DNA of 64,000 bases, taken from contig JAJFFF010000043.1 in assembly GCA_021776785.1 (NCBI GenBank), positions 4,196 to 68,195 of the forward strand, in the 5' to 3' direction. Position 1 is the stretch's first letter. Every line of letters begins with the position of its first letter. Made by a program: the position numbers and the translations under genes. The DNA comes from Planctomycetota bacterium. Its GTDB lineage: Bacteria; Planctomycetota; PLA2. Below the pieces are notes generated by a model that did no database searches, was not told the origin of the DNA, and saw only the letters and a program-made list of their open reading frames with translations. Shown here piece after piece: positions 21,028 through 30,594 of this stretch.

Positions 21028-22362
21028 CTAGGTACGTGACCAGTCGCGCGTGCGCGCGTCGATCCAGTCGCCCAACGCGTCGATTTTGACGCGCACCTGC
21101 TCCATCGTGTCACGATCGCGCAGCGTGACGGTGTCGTCTTCGAGCGTCTGGCCGTCCACGGTCGCACAAAACGGCGTTCCGATTTCGTCCTGACGGCGAT
21201 AGCGGCGACCGATCGCGCCGCCTTGATCGTACGTACACGGGAAGCGGTCGAGATACCGCTTCATGATCTCGCGCGCCTTTTCCGGCATGCCCTCTTTTTT
21301 GACGAGCGGGAAAACAGCGAGCGTGATCGGCGCGATGCGCGGGTGGAAATGCAGGACGTTGCGGGTGTCGCCGCTTTCCAAGGTTTCGTCGTCGTACGCA
21401 TCAAGGAGCGCGACGAGCACGATCCGCGACAGGCCGGCGGCCGGCTCCACAACGTGCGGGACGATCCACTCCTTGGTCTGCGGATCCATCCACGCGAGTT
21501 TTTTGCCGGTCGCTTCGGCATGCTTGGTGAGGTCGTAGTCGGTGCGGTAGGCCACGCCTTCCAATTCGCCCCAACCTGCCGGGTACATGTACTCGATGTC
21601 GGTGCAAGCCTTCGCATAGTGCGCGAGATCTTTCGGGTCGATCACTTCACCGCGGATGTTTTCATCCTGAATGCCGATCGAACGGTACCAATCGAGCCGT
21701 TCCTTCACCCAGTACGCGTGCGTTTCCATGCCCTCTTCGGGGCGGCAGAAGTACTCCATCTCCATCTGCTCAAATTCGCGCGTTCGGAAGATGAAGTTTC
21801 CGGTCACGATCTCGTTGCGAAATGACTTCCCGATCTGGCCGACGCCGAACGGCAGCTTCAAACGCATCGACTGCTGGATGTTTAAGAAGTTGGTGAAGAT
21901 GCCCTGCGCCGTTTCCGGACGGAGATACGAAATGTTGCCGTCAACGGGGCCCACCTGCGTCTGAAACATCATGTTGAACTGACGCGGCTCGGTGAGATCG
22001 CAGGCATCGTGCTGGCCCACGCACTTGGACGGCTTGTTGGGGCACGGCGACTCTTCGAGTTGGTCCGCGCGGAAGCGTCCCTTGCACGCCTTGCAATCGA
22101 TCAGAGGATCGTTGAAACCGCCGACGTGGCCCGAGGCCTCCCAAACACGCGGCGATTGAATGATGGCGGAGTCCAACCCCACAACATCTTCACGCGCGAG
22201 CACGGTGTCGCGCCACCACGCATCCGCGATGCGCCGTTTGAGCTCCACGCCCAGCGGTCCGTAGTCCCACGTCGACTCGAAGCCGCCGTAGATCTCGCTC
22301 GCTTGAAAAACAAAGCCACGCCGCTTACAGAGCGACGTCAAAACATCAAGTGTGACCACCAT
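21028..22362 (-). CDS. glyQS: Glycine--tRNA ligase (alpha2 type)
   Basis: CKRRGFVF, WDYGPLG, YLRPETAQG, GKSFRNEI, RTREFEQME, IGRRYRRQDEIGTP. Confidence 0.96.
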   Translation of the reverse strand: MVVTLDVLTSLCKRRGFVFQASEIYGGFESTWDYGPLGVELKRRIADAWWRDTVLAREDVVGLDSAIIQSPRVWEASGHVGGFNDPLIDCKACKGRFRADQLEESPCPNKPSKCVGQHDACDLTEPRQFNMMFQTQVGPVDGNISYLRPETAQGIFTNFLNIQQSMRLKLPFGVGQIGKSFRNEIVTGNFIFRTREFEQMEMEYFCRPEEGMETHAYWVKERLDWYRSIGIQDENIRGEVIDPKDLAHYAKACTDIEYMYPAGWGELEGVAYRTDYDLTKHAEATGKKLAWMDPQTKEWIVPHVVEPAAGLSRIVLVALLDAYDDETLESGDTRNVLHFHPRIAPITLAVFPLVKKEGMPEKAREIMKRYLDRFPCTYDQGGAIGRRYRRQDEIGTPFCATVDGQTLEDDTVTLRDRDTMEQVRVKIDALGDWIDARTRDWSRT

Positions 22363-22496
22363 AGCGAGCGTAGGGTACCGCGCCGCTCCCGACGGTTCCG
22401 CCTTTTTGAACGGGCTCTGTTTTAAAACTCCCCGGGGTTTGACCGGCTGCGGCGGTTCGTTCGCCCTTCGCATGACGGCGAGCTTTGAAGAGGAGC

Positions 22497-22895
22497 CTAA
22501 GGCGCCATCGCGCGCACCATTTCCGCGGTGTCAGATATCTGCCGGAACCGGATGATCTTGCCGTCCGCCAGATCGTAGACGTGAGCAAACACCGACGTCA
22601 TGGAGAGCCCGGTGGTCGCGTGGGTCCCGCTGTAGCGCCCGAGAACGACGATTGTCGATCCGCCGTCGATGATCTCGTCGATGGGGGCCGCAAAGTCGCG
22701 CCACTCGGTGCGAAGTCCGCCAAAGACCTTGTCGAGGACTTCATCGACGCCGTGGCGGTGGTCCCCACCAGGAAAACCTGCGCATTGGATCCATTCGACG
22801 TCGGGCGCCAAGAGGGCGCGCGCACGGTCCGCGTCGCGCGCTGCAAACGCTTCGTAGAGCGCGCGCACGCCGTCAACGTTGCTCGAATTCGACAT
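22497..22895 (-). CDS. NTF2-like / SnoaL-like protein
   Basis: VRALYEAFAARD..LAPDVEW, VVLGRY, HVYDLADGKIIRFRQ. Confidence 0.85.
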   Translation of the reverse strand: MSNSSNVDGVRALYEAFAARDADRARALLAPDVEWIQCAGFPGGDHRHGVDEVLDKVFGGLRTEWRDFAAPIDEIIDGGSTIVVLGRYSGTHATTGLSMTSVFAHVYDLADGKIIRFRQISDTAEMVRAMAP

Positions 22896-22926
22896 GCCCA
22901 CCAGTGTAGGAGACGGGAGGGGGCCC

Positions 22927-22966
22927 AAAAAAAGAGCGAGCCGCCGGTGGGGATCCGGCGGCTCGC
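22927..22966 (-). terminator. Rho-independent terminator with no CDS upstream on its strand
   Basis: 12-bp perfect stem GCGAGCCGCCGG/CCGGCGGCTCGC, 7-nt loop, followed by TC-T7 on the minus strand. Confidence 0.8.
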
Positions 22967-23041
22967 GAAGGCATCGTGAGTTGGAATGTGTTGGGCCCGG
23001 CTGGGAGGACCGGTGGGATGCCCAACGATTTAGCAAGCGGA
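22927..23041 (-). ncRNA. Candidate ~115-nt sRNA with C-rich loops
   Basis: -10 TAGACT (23048-23053, minus), hairpin 22990-23026 with UCCUCCCAG loop, then the terminator. Confidence 0.4.
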
Positions 23042-23263
23042 CAAGCGAGTCTAGATATTCCGCAAGAAGGAATACTGCACGTCGCTAGGTATGCAAACGC
23101 GAGTTCCGTTATTTGTTACGAGTTTTTCGCGCCGCGCCCGCCCCTGGCCAGTTAGCATCGACGGAAGTTCCTCGCCGAACAGGGTTTGAGTCGTGTTGTC
23201 TCAGGATTAGACAGTTGTCTCGCATCGCCCATCGGTTCGGCAAGGCGCAGGGTCCCAGGGGAG

Positions 23264-25978
23264 ATGACTAGAAAAAAGCGTCAGTGGTTTGTCGTGCTGC
23301 TCTTGCTCGTCGGCGCCGTCCTGATGATGACGGCGCTGTTCGCAGAGCCGGACTGGGCGCTCGAAGTCGGTCGCACCCGGCAACAGGCGGCCGGTTCGAT
23401 GGGCGAAGCGTCCCGGGCCAAGGCAACGACCGAACCCACGACTGAAAAGGCGCCTGACGAAGACGTCGTCCTCGCGCACCCGGAAAAAGTCGTCCCCGAA
23501 CTTCCTCCGTACGGCGACAAGAGCCTGTCGCGCGAAGTTTCGATCCGCGGCCGCGTGATCGACGCCGAAGGCAAACCGGTACCCGATGCGATTGTGACAG
23601 CGAGCTACCGCGACACGTTGCAGCGCCCCTACGCCGCCGTCACGGCGAGTCGCGTGCGCACCGAATCCGACGGGACGTTTGTGTTGGGCCCGCTGGACCG
23701 GCGCAACTTCTCGGTGCTCGCGATGAAAAGCGATGTCGGGGCGGCGTTGATCGGCAATCAAATGCCCGGCGCGTACGTTGAGCTCGCGTTGGCCCCCGGC
23801 GCGAAACTGCGCGGCAAGATCACCGATGGTGAGTCCGGCGAGCCGGTCGTCGGGGCCACAGTCGTGTTGCGCGACTGGACGATGTATCTAAGTGTCGCGA
23901 CGGACGCGAAGGGCGAGTACCAATTCGGCCCGGTTCCGCCGACGATTCATACGTGGTCCGGTCTAGCGATGATCGTGGTGGCCGATGGCTACAAACCCGC
24001 GGCGCGGACCAACATGATCCTGCGCAACAAGCAGGACGACGAACTGAACTTTCAGCTGACCAAGGGCGCGACGTTGACCGGCAAAGTGTTGGATGCCCAA
24101 ACGCTGCAACCGATCTCTGGCGCTATCGTTGCGGACGGGTGGCAGCCCTATGACCGCGACGTGGAGGCCGGCGAGGACGGAACCTACGCGCTTTCCGACG
24201 TGGACACGGCTCCGAACTTAACGTTCGTTGTTCGGGCCAAGGGTTACTTGCCCCAAACGCGTCAAAGCGACGGCTCGGGCACGCTCAACTTTTCGCTCGA
24301 TGCTTCGATCGTCGTGAGCGGCAAAGTGCTGACGCTGACCGACCAGCCCGTTCCGAATGCGCGCGTGTACTTGCACCGCTTGAAGTACGCGCCCGGATTC
24401 CAGCCGACCGGCAACTCGCGGCAGCAGTGGTTCACAACCGCGAACGCGAGCGGCGAGTTCGAGTTCACTGACGTGTTGCCCGGCCAGGTCGCCGTTATCG
24501 GTTTCGGCAAGAAGCAGGCGCCCGGCGAGTTCGGTCCGATCCAAGTTCCCACCGGCGGGCCCGCGCCTGAGCCCGTGACCATCAACCTCAAAGAGGGCGT
24601 CACGGTGGAAGGCGAAGTGCGCGACCTACAAGACAACCCGTTGCCCGGCATTCGCGTGTCGCTCCAGCGCGGTTGGGGACGAATCTCGGGCTACAAGTGG
24701 GCGACCAATTACATCTGGTCCGAGATTCCGACCTGGTACACCGACGAAAAGGGCAAGTTCAAGCTCGAGGGCTCGATGCCCGGTCAGCTTTGGCTCAACG
24801 CGTGGCACAACACGTACGGGTGGACGGGCACCAGCATCAAGGGCACGGAGGGGCAACGCGTCACGGACGTGATCATCTCGTTCGCGGGATCCTCGATCTC
24901 AGGTGTGTTCTTAAACGCCGACGGCGAACCGGTGCCCGGCGCCAACGTGCAGGCGCGCGGTCCAAAGAACACGCCCAAGCCGATGTGGCGCTGGACGCAA
25001 ACCGACGGGCTTGGACGGTTCAAACTCGGCGGCTTAAAAGACGGGGCGTACGACATCAACGGGTGGTCGAGTATGGGCAACCCAGAACAGCTCAAAGACA
25101 TCCCGGCGGGAAGCGGCGCGATCGAGCTCAAGCTCAAGCGCTCGCAAACACTGCGGGGGAGTGTGACGAGCGTCTTGTCGGGCCGCGCGCTCGATCGATT
25201 CACCGTCAGCATTCAGCCCGCCCGCAAGAACGGTCGCCGCACGCGCGGCACGAGCTGGAGCGGCGAGCTGCGGACACCGGACGGCAAGTTCGATCGCTCC
25301 GTGATGCCGGGTACGTACGCCGTCACGGTGAAAGCGCGTGGGCATGCGCCGCGCGTGTTCAACAACATCGTGGTCGAACAAAACATCGAGCCGCAGGAGG
25401 TGTTCGCGACGCTTGAGCCCGGTGGCGGCATCAAGGGCGTCATCAAAGACGCCGAAGGCAAGCCGTTGCGCTCCACGTGGGTGCGGGCCAGCATTTATCG
25501 CGCGCCGGGCGAAAAGCCCGGGGCGAGCGACTGGCTGCTCGGTGGTGGCGACCAGTCCGACAGCGAAGGGCGCTACTTCATGGAAGGGTTGGCGCCGGGA
25601 ACGTACATGATCCAGCTCAACCTGGGCAGCCGCGGCTCCGCGCAGGCTCAGATCACCGTCAGCGGTACCGAGATGGCGATTCAGAACCTGCAGTTGCTGC
25701 CGACGGGCAAGATCGTGATTCGCGTCACCGACGATCAGGGCAAGCCGCTCGCGGGTGTGTACTTCCAGCTCCGCGACGCGACGACGAGCCAGTACCGCGG
25801 CTGGGTGCGCACATCCAAGGCCGACGGGGTTTCCGTGTCGGGCCCGTTGCCGATGGGGCGCGTTGCGGTCACGGCGACGCATGCGGCGCGCAAGTACGTG
25901 GCGGACAAGTTTGAAGTCGACATCCCGGCTGGGGACACGGTCACGGTCGATGTGCAGATGCGCAAAAAAGACGCGTAG
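23264..25978 (+). CDS. Membrane-anchored protein with multiple carboxypeptidase-regulatory-like repeats
   Basis: N-terminal TM; repeated GRVIDAEGKPVPDA, TDAKGEY, TDEKGKF, TDGLGRF, SDSEGRY. Confidence 0.8.
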   Translation: MTRKKRQWFVVLLLLVGAVLMMTALFAEPDWALEVGRTRQQAAGSMGEASRAKATTEPTTEKAPDEDVVLAHPEKVVPELPPYGDKSLSREVSIRGRVIDAEGKPVPDAIVTASYRDTLQRPYAAVTASRVRTESDGTFVLGPLDRRNFSVLAMKSDVGAALIGNQMPGAYVELALAPGAKLRGKITDGESGEPVVGATVVLRDWTMYLSVATDAKGEYQFGPVPPTIHTWSGLAMIVVADGYKPAARTNMILRNKQDDELNFQLTKGATLTGKVLDAQTLQPISGAIVADGWQPYDRDVEAGEDGTYALSDVDTAPNLTFVVRAKGYLPQTRQSDGSGTLNFSLDASIVVSGKVLTLTDQPVPNARVYLHRLKYAPGFQPTGNSRQQWFTTANASGEFEFTDVLPGQVAVIGFGKKQAPGEFGPIQVPTGGPAPEPVTINLKEGVTVEGEVRDLQDNPLPGIRVSLQRGWGRISGYKWATNYIWSEIPTWYTDEKGKFKLEGSMPGQLWLNAWHNTYGWTGTSIKGTEGQRVTDVIISFAGSSISGVFLNADGEPVPGANVQARGPKNTPKPMWRWTQTDGLGRFKLGGLKDGAYDINGWSSMGNPEQLKDIPAGSGAIELKLKRSQTLRGSVTSVLSGRALDRFTVSIQPARKNGRRTRGTSWSGELRTPDGKFDRSVMPGTYAVTVKARGHAPRVFNNIVVEQNIEPQEVFATLEPGGGIKGVIKDAEGKPLRSTWVRASIYRAPGEKPGASDWLLGGGDQSDSEGRYFMEGLAPGTYMIQLNLGSRGSAQAQITVSGTEMAIQNLQLLPTGKIVIRVTDDQGKPLAGVYFQLRDATTSQYRGWVRTSKADGVSVSGPLPMGRVAVTATHAARKYVADKFEVDIPAGDTVTVDVQMRKKDA

Positions 25979-25998
25979 GGACAGCCGCGGAAATCGCG

Positions 25999-26277
25999 CT
26001 ACGGCGCGCGCTCGGCGTACTTGCGCACCGCCTGCTCAAGATCGATGCCGCGCAACGAGGCGAGGCTGACGAGCCACGCCGCGACGTCGCCGAACTCTTC
26101 TTCCAAGTTTTCGCGGTCGTCGCGGTGCAGCGCGCGTGCGAGTTCGCCGACTTCTTCGATGAACCAGACAAACGTCTTTTCCCAGCCGCGCGCGTTGTCT
26201 TTTTCGAAGTAGAGGCGTTCGATGTGTTGTTGAAACGCCTTCAGGCCTGCGCCCGGACTCGGCCCGTCGTGCGTCAC
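25999..26277 (-). CDS. MazG-like nucleotide pyrophosphohydrolase (single domain)
   Basis: FIEEVGELARA..LEEEFGDV; GTGA overlap with the upstream stop. Confidence 0.85.
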   Translation of the reverse strand: MTHDGPSPGAGLKAFQQHIERLYFEKDNARGWEKTFVWFIEEVGELARALHRDDRENLEEEFGDVAAWLVSLASLRGIDLEQAVRKYAERAP

Positions 26278-27932
26278 TTCATCCGCTTCAACGTGCAGAT
26301 CGTGATGTCGTCGTTTTGCTCGGCCTCGCCGACAAACTTGTCGACGCCCGCCGCAATGAAGTTCACAAACGCGGCGCTGTTCATCGCGCCCTGGCGCCGG
26401 ATCGCATCGAGGAAGCGCTGCTCGCCGTAGGATTCGCCGCCCTCTTGTTGCGCTGCGATCACGCCGTCGGTGTAGAGAACGATGCGGTCGTTCTTCGCCA
26501 GCGTGAATTTTTTCTCTTCCATCGTCTTGTTGAAGACGGGGCCGACGTCCAACCCGAGTGCGATTCCGCTGGGGTTGATCGTCGCGGTTTTTCCTTGGCG
26601 CCACATCACGATGGGCCGGTGTCCCGCCGATGCGGCGATGACTTCGTGCGTGGACGTATCGACCACGACCGCGAGCGCCGTTACGGCCATGCCGGATTTC
26701 AGATCGCGGGCCAGGCGGCGGTTCACGGACCGCAGCCAGTCCGCCGGGCTCGTTTCCCCGTCGATGGCCGCTCGTAGGTACGCGCGTGTCATCGCCATCA
26801 CCATCGCCGCCGGGACGCCGCGTAGGCTCTCGGAGCAATCGGCAATCAGAAGCGCGACGCGTTTCTCGTCGAGCTCGATGTAGTCGTAGTAGTCGCCGCC
26901 GATGTCGCGTCCTGCGCGGAACAGCGTTTCGAGTTCGTAGCCCAACACGCGCGGCGGATCGGACGGACGCAGGCTCTCGTGGATCTGACTTGCCGTATCC
27001 AACTCTTTCTCGATCGCTTCGTCGAGGTCGCCCGAACCGGTCTGCTGGATCAGTTGCAGGTTCTTCACCATGCGGTCGGCGGTGCGCTGCGCAAGCGCCA
27101 CCTCACCGGCGCCGTTGGTTTGAACGCGCACGTCGAAGCGTCCGCGTCCGATCGTGTCGAGATCGCGCGCGAGCGTCTTGATGCCGTCCACAAACTTCAT
27201 CGCGTACATGAGGAACAGGCCGACGCCGATCGCCACGAGGAGCGGCGTGATGAACAACCACGAACCGGGTCCGCTCTTACCGACGAGCGCGGACTTCGCG
27301 ATGATCACGTACGCATTTCCGACGGTCTTGCCGTAGACGTTTTTGTAGGCGCGGTGGTAGACGCGCGCCGGGAACGTTCCGCCCGCGGGCTGTCCCGCCG
27401 TCATGTCGGCCACACTGACGTTGTTCAGAAGTTGCCGCCCCGTCGCAAACGCGCTCGTGTCGATGCGCGCGCCGATGTTGTGATCCGACATCACCTTGGG
27501 GTCGAGCGAGACAACCGCCAGGCCGACGAACGCGCCGTTGTTGAAGAGATCGGCGACGTTGTCGAGCCGATCCTTGTTGCGCGCCATCATGCGCCCGTCG
27601 CGCATCTGCTTGTTTTTTTTGCCCTTGTCCGTGAACTCGCCCAGCTCGACGGACTTGTAATACCTCTCAAGCGTGGCCCGCGCCTCTTTCGTCGTGCCGA
27701 AGTCCTTGTGCCACGTCGACGGATCGGAAGACGTGAGCACACTCACCAAACCGGCGCCGACCGAGTCCGCGATCTGGCTGCCGCTGTCGTCTTTCGTATT
27801 GCCGGCCATGAACGCGCCGATCACGCCGCCGATGACGGCGATGAGGCTCCCGAGTAGGGCTACGGCCATCAGGCCCGCGCCGTTGGAGCGCGGGGGAGGA
27901 GACGATCGTTCGCGAGTGCGGGACTTGGCCAT
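26274..27932 (-). CDS. Membrane PP2C/SpoIIE-type Ser/Thr phosphatase with extracytoplasmic and HAMP domains
   Basis: Two TM helices, HAMP (DLDTIGRGRFDVRV..EV), GGDYYD, IADCS, SAGH, LYTDGV, DDIT. Confidence 0.88.
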   Translation of the reverse strand: MAKSRTRERSSPPPRSNGAGLMAVALLGSLIAVIGGVIGAFMAGNTKDDSGSQIADSVGAGLVSVLTSSDPSTWHKDFGTTKEARATLERYYKSVELGEFTDKGKKNKQMRDGRMMARNKDRLDNVADLFNNGAFVGLAVVSLDPKVMSDHNIGARIDTSAFATGRQLLNNVSVADMTAGQPAGGTFPARVYHRAYKNVYGKTVGNAYVIIAKSALVGKSGPGSWLFITPLLVAIGVGLFLMYAMKFVDGIKTLARDLDTIGRGRFDVRVQTNGAGEVALAQRTADRMVKNLQLIQQTGSGDLDEAIEKELDTASQIHESLRPSDPPRVLGYELETLFRAGRDIGGDYYDYIELDEKRVALLIADCSESLRGVPAAMVMAMTRAYLRAAIDGETSPADWLRSVNRRLARDLKSGMAVTALAVVVDTSTHEVIAASAGHRPIVMWRQGKTATINPSGIALGLDVGPVFNKTMEEKKFTLAKNDRIVLYTDGVIAAQQEGGESYGEQRFLDAIRRQGAMNSAAFVNFIAAGVDKFVGEAEQNDDITICTLKRMK

Positions 27933-27996
27933 CGAAGCGGAATCCTATGATCCAGCGCTGCAACCGACAAGCTGAGAAGCCGATTCGCGGCCGAAA

Positions 27997-28572
27997 TCAG
28001 GCTTCGCCAAGCTCGGCGAGGGCCCGCTGAGCGGCGCGGATGTATTGCAGGGCGCTGTAGACCGAGATAAACGCGGTGGCCCACAAGGTGATCGTGGCGA
28101 CCCACCACACCCACGCAAACGAGTGGCCCGGGTAAAAGACGATGGCGCCGCAGTAGATCGCTTGGGTCACGAGCTTAAATTTGCCCTCCCAACTCGCCCC
28201 GAACCGCACGCCGCGGCCCTCGAGGAAGCTGCGGAGGCCGGAGACGAGAAATTCCCGGCCCAAAACGACGAGCACGATCCAGGGCGGGACCAATTGGGTG
28301 GTTTGGGGCAGCGATAGGCCGAGCACCAAGATGCCGCAGATGAGGAACTTGTCGGCAAACGGGTCGGCGATCCGCCCGAAAGCGGTGATTTGTCCGCGGG
28401 AGCGAGCGAGGTAGCCGTCGAGGCTATCGCTCAAGATCGTGACCATGTAGATCGCGAATGCGCCATACCAGATCCATCCATCGGCGGCACCGCGACACCA
28501 CACATCAAGAATGCTGAAGAGGATGGTCGCCAAGACGAGGCGACCGACGGTGATTTGATTGGGAAGGTTCAA
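27997..28572 (-). CDS. pgsA: CDP-diacylglycerol--glycerol-3-phosphate 3-phosphatidyltransferase
   Basis: MNLPNQIT, DSLDGYLAR..FGRIADPFADK, REFLVSGLR; TTG start. Confidence 0.9.
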   Translation of the reverse strand: MNLPNQITVGRLVLATILFSILDVWCRGAADGWIWYGAFAIYMVTILSDSLDGYLARSRGQITAFGRIADPFADKFLICGILVLGLSLPQTTQLVPPWIVLVVLGREFLVSGLRSFLEGRGVRFGASWEGKFKLVTQAIYCGAIVFYPGHSFAWVWWVATITLWATAFISVYSALQYIRAAQRALAELGEA

Positions 28573-28621
28573 CGCGCCCGAACGTGCTTTCTAGGACGCG
28601 CTACTGTACCGACGGCCCGCG

Positions 28622-30433
28622 CTATTCCAAAGGACGACCGCGCCAGTCAAACGACGTGTAGCTTCGATCCTCTTCCTCCGGCGGCAGCATCGTGCGCGGC
28701 GCTTGCTGGAGGCGACGCAGGAGGCCGCCGCTGGCATACGGGTCATCGGAGTCGTCAGCGCCTGCACCGTCCGCCTGAGCGGCCGCGTAGGCGGGTCGTT
28801 CGGGCTCGACGTGGATGCGACCACCCTTGTCTTGCTGCGTCGCAGCGGCTTGGTCGTCGTCGGTACGGTCTTCAAACGCCCAAAGCTCGGCCTGGACGGG
28901 TCGGGCCGCTTGCTCCTCGTCGAGCGCCTCCTCGTCCGCCTCGTCTTCGTCGTCGAGTTCTTCTTCCTCGTCTTCGTCAGCTTGGTCGTCGACTTCGTCG
29001 TCCTCGAACTCCTCGTCGTCATCCTCTTCTTCTTCTTCCTCGTCTTCTTCCTCGTCTTCTTCGTCGCCGTCCTCGTCGAGTTCGTCGAGCTCGTCTTCGT
29101 CCGCCTCCTCCTCTAGCTCGTCGTCATCCTCGTCTTCGTACTCCTCGTCCTCTTCTTCTTCGTCGCCGTCTTCGCCCTCTTCTTCGTACTCCTCGTCCTC
29201 CTCGACGTCGTCATCCTCGACATCGTCGTCTTCTTCCTCTTCGGCTTCTTCGTCGTCGTCCTCCTCGGCATCCTCAGCGCTGTCGACGTATTCTTCTTCT
29301 TCGTCCTCTTCGTGGTCTTCGTCGTCTTCGCTGTCTTGGGCCTCCGCGGCGGGCTCGGCCGGGACGGCCCGCAACGGGTGGGCGGAGATCAGCTCCTCAA
29401 CCTCTTCCTCGTCCTCCTCGTGGCTACTCGCACGGGCGCCCTCGGTGGCGTCCTTCGTGGCGTCCTCCGTGGTACCTGCGGCGTCTGTGGCCGTTTCGGC
29501 ACGGGGCACCCACTTCGAGGGAATGACCTCGGTGGGCGTAACGTCGATGGTGCCGTCGTCGTATTCGTCTTTTGCATAGCTGGGCGCCGGCAGGGCGGCG
29601 GGCATGTCGGCGACGCTCAAAATCTCGGAAACTTCCGCGAGTCCCGCCTGCACCTCCGCTTCCTCGGTGCCGGCGGCGGGCGCCGGTGCATCCTCGACGT
29701 CTTCGCCGATGCTCGGCCGATTGGATTCCACGTCCACGATGCGCACCCCCTGCTGTCGCTCAATCTCTTCCATCGCTTGGGTCACGGCGAACGTTCGTTC
29801 GTCGGCGGTCGGATCGCCGTCGTCGGGGAGCGCCGGTCCATTCTGGAAGCGCGATTCCGGCGGCGGAAGGTCGAGGCCGAATCCGCCCGAGAGCGATCCG
29901 GTCGGCGCGCGTGTGGCGGCATCTCCGGCCAAAGCCGGCTCCCGAATCGCCGTCCATGCGCCTTGGCTGGCGAGATGAACGCCGAGCATCATGAGCACCA
30001 AAAGCAGCGGGAAACCCGCGCTCGGTCCCATCGTGTTGTTCAGCGCCGCGCCAATCGTATGCCCGAGGCTTCCCGCGGACTGCAGTTGGGCGATGCCAAG
30101 GGCGCCGGAAACGCCGAGTGCGACACACGCCGCGGCAAACATCCGTCCGCCGAGCGGCGCGACGTCCGCTACTTTTTCACCCTTGAAGTAAATGAGGCCC
30201 GACCACACCAAGACGATGCCGTACATCGCCAGGATGCCGCCACCGACCGCCTTACAAATCATCGCCACAAGAGATGAAACAGGATTTCCAGCTTCACCCG
30301 CGTAGGCGCGATCACCGGCGAACAACGTCAGCAGACAAAGCACCAACGTGATCCCCAACACCAAGAGCGCGACCTTTTCGCGCGGCGTCAAAAAACGGCC
30401 CCCGGGGCCTTTGATGGGGAGAAACGACCTCAT
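28622..30433 (-). CDS. FtsK-4TM-like membrane protein with a very long Asp/Glu tract and no motor domain
   Basis: Four N-terminal hydrophobic helices including GSLGHTIGAALNNTMG..LLLVLMMLG; acidic run; strong SD GGAGG; no Walker A. Confidence 0.6.
   Translation of the reverse strand: MRSFLPIKGPGGRFLTPREKVALLVLGITLVLCLLTLFAGDRAYAGEAGNPVSSLVAMICKAVGGGILAMYGIVLVWSGLIYFKGEKVADVAPLGGRMFAAACVALGVSGALGIAQLQSAGSLGHTIGAALNNTMGPSAGFPLLLVLMMLGVHLASQGAWTAIREPALAGDAATRAPTGSLSGGFGLDLPPPESRFQNGPALPDDGDPTADERTFAVTQAMEEIERQQGVRIVDVESNRPSIGEDVEDAPAPAAGTEEAEVQAGLAEVSEILSVADMPAALPAPSYAKDEYDDGTIDVTPTEVIPSKWVPRAETATDAAGTTEDATKDATEGARASSHEEDEEEVEELISAHPLRAVPAEPAAEAQDSEDDEDHEEDEEEEYVDSAEDAEEDDDEEAEEEEDDDVEDDDVEEDEEYEEEGEDGDEEEEDEEYEDEDDDELEEEADEDELDELDEDGDEEDEEEDEEEEEEDDDEEFEDDEVDDQADEDEEEELDDEDEADEEALDEEQAARPVQAELWAFEDRTDDDQAAATQQDKGGRIHVEPERPAYAAAQADGAGADDSDDPYASGGLLRRLQQAPRTMLPPEEEDRSYTSFDWRGRPLE
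28915..29420 (-). repeat. Low-complexity GAR/GAY codon tract encoding poly-Asp/Glu
   Basis: Plus strand reads tcgtcttcttcctcgtc... almost continuously. Confidence 0.9.
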
Positions 30434-30594
30434 ACCGACCTCCTGGCATCCCCCTTTGCGGTTTCGCGAAACAGCTACAGATGGGGGAGCTACTTTCGTA
30501 ACTCCACAAGATAATGGATGGAGCCCCTGGAATTTCCAAAAAATCTCTCAAGGCATCCAGAAGCCCGACCGAAGCGCGGCGTTATAAGTCTTAG

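Noticed and set aside
28815..29579. Poly-Ser ORF (and the Leu/Val/Phe-rich ORFs) on the plus strand
   Set aside because: Antisense shadow of the D/E codon tract of the minus-strand gene.
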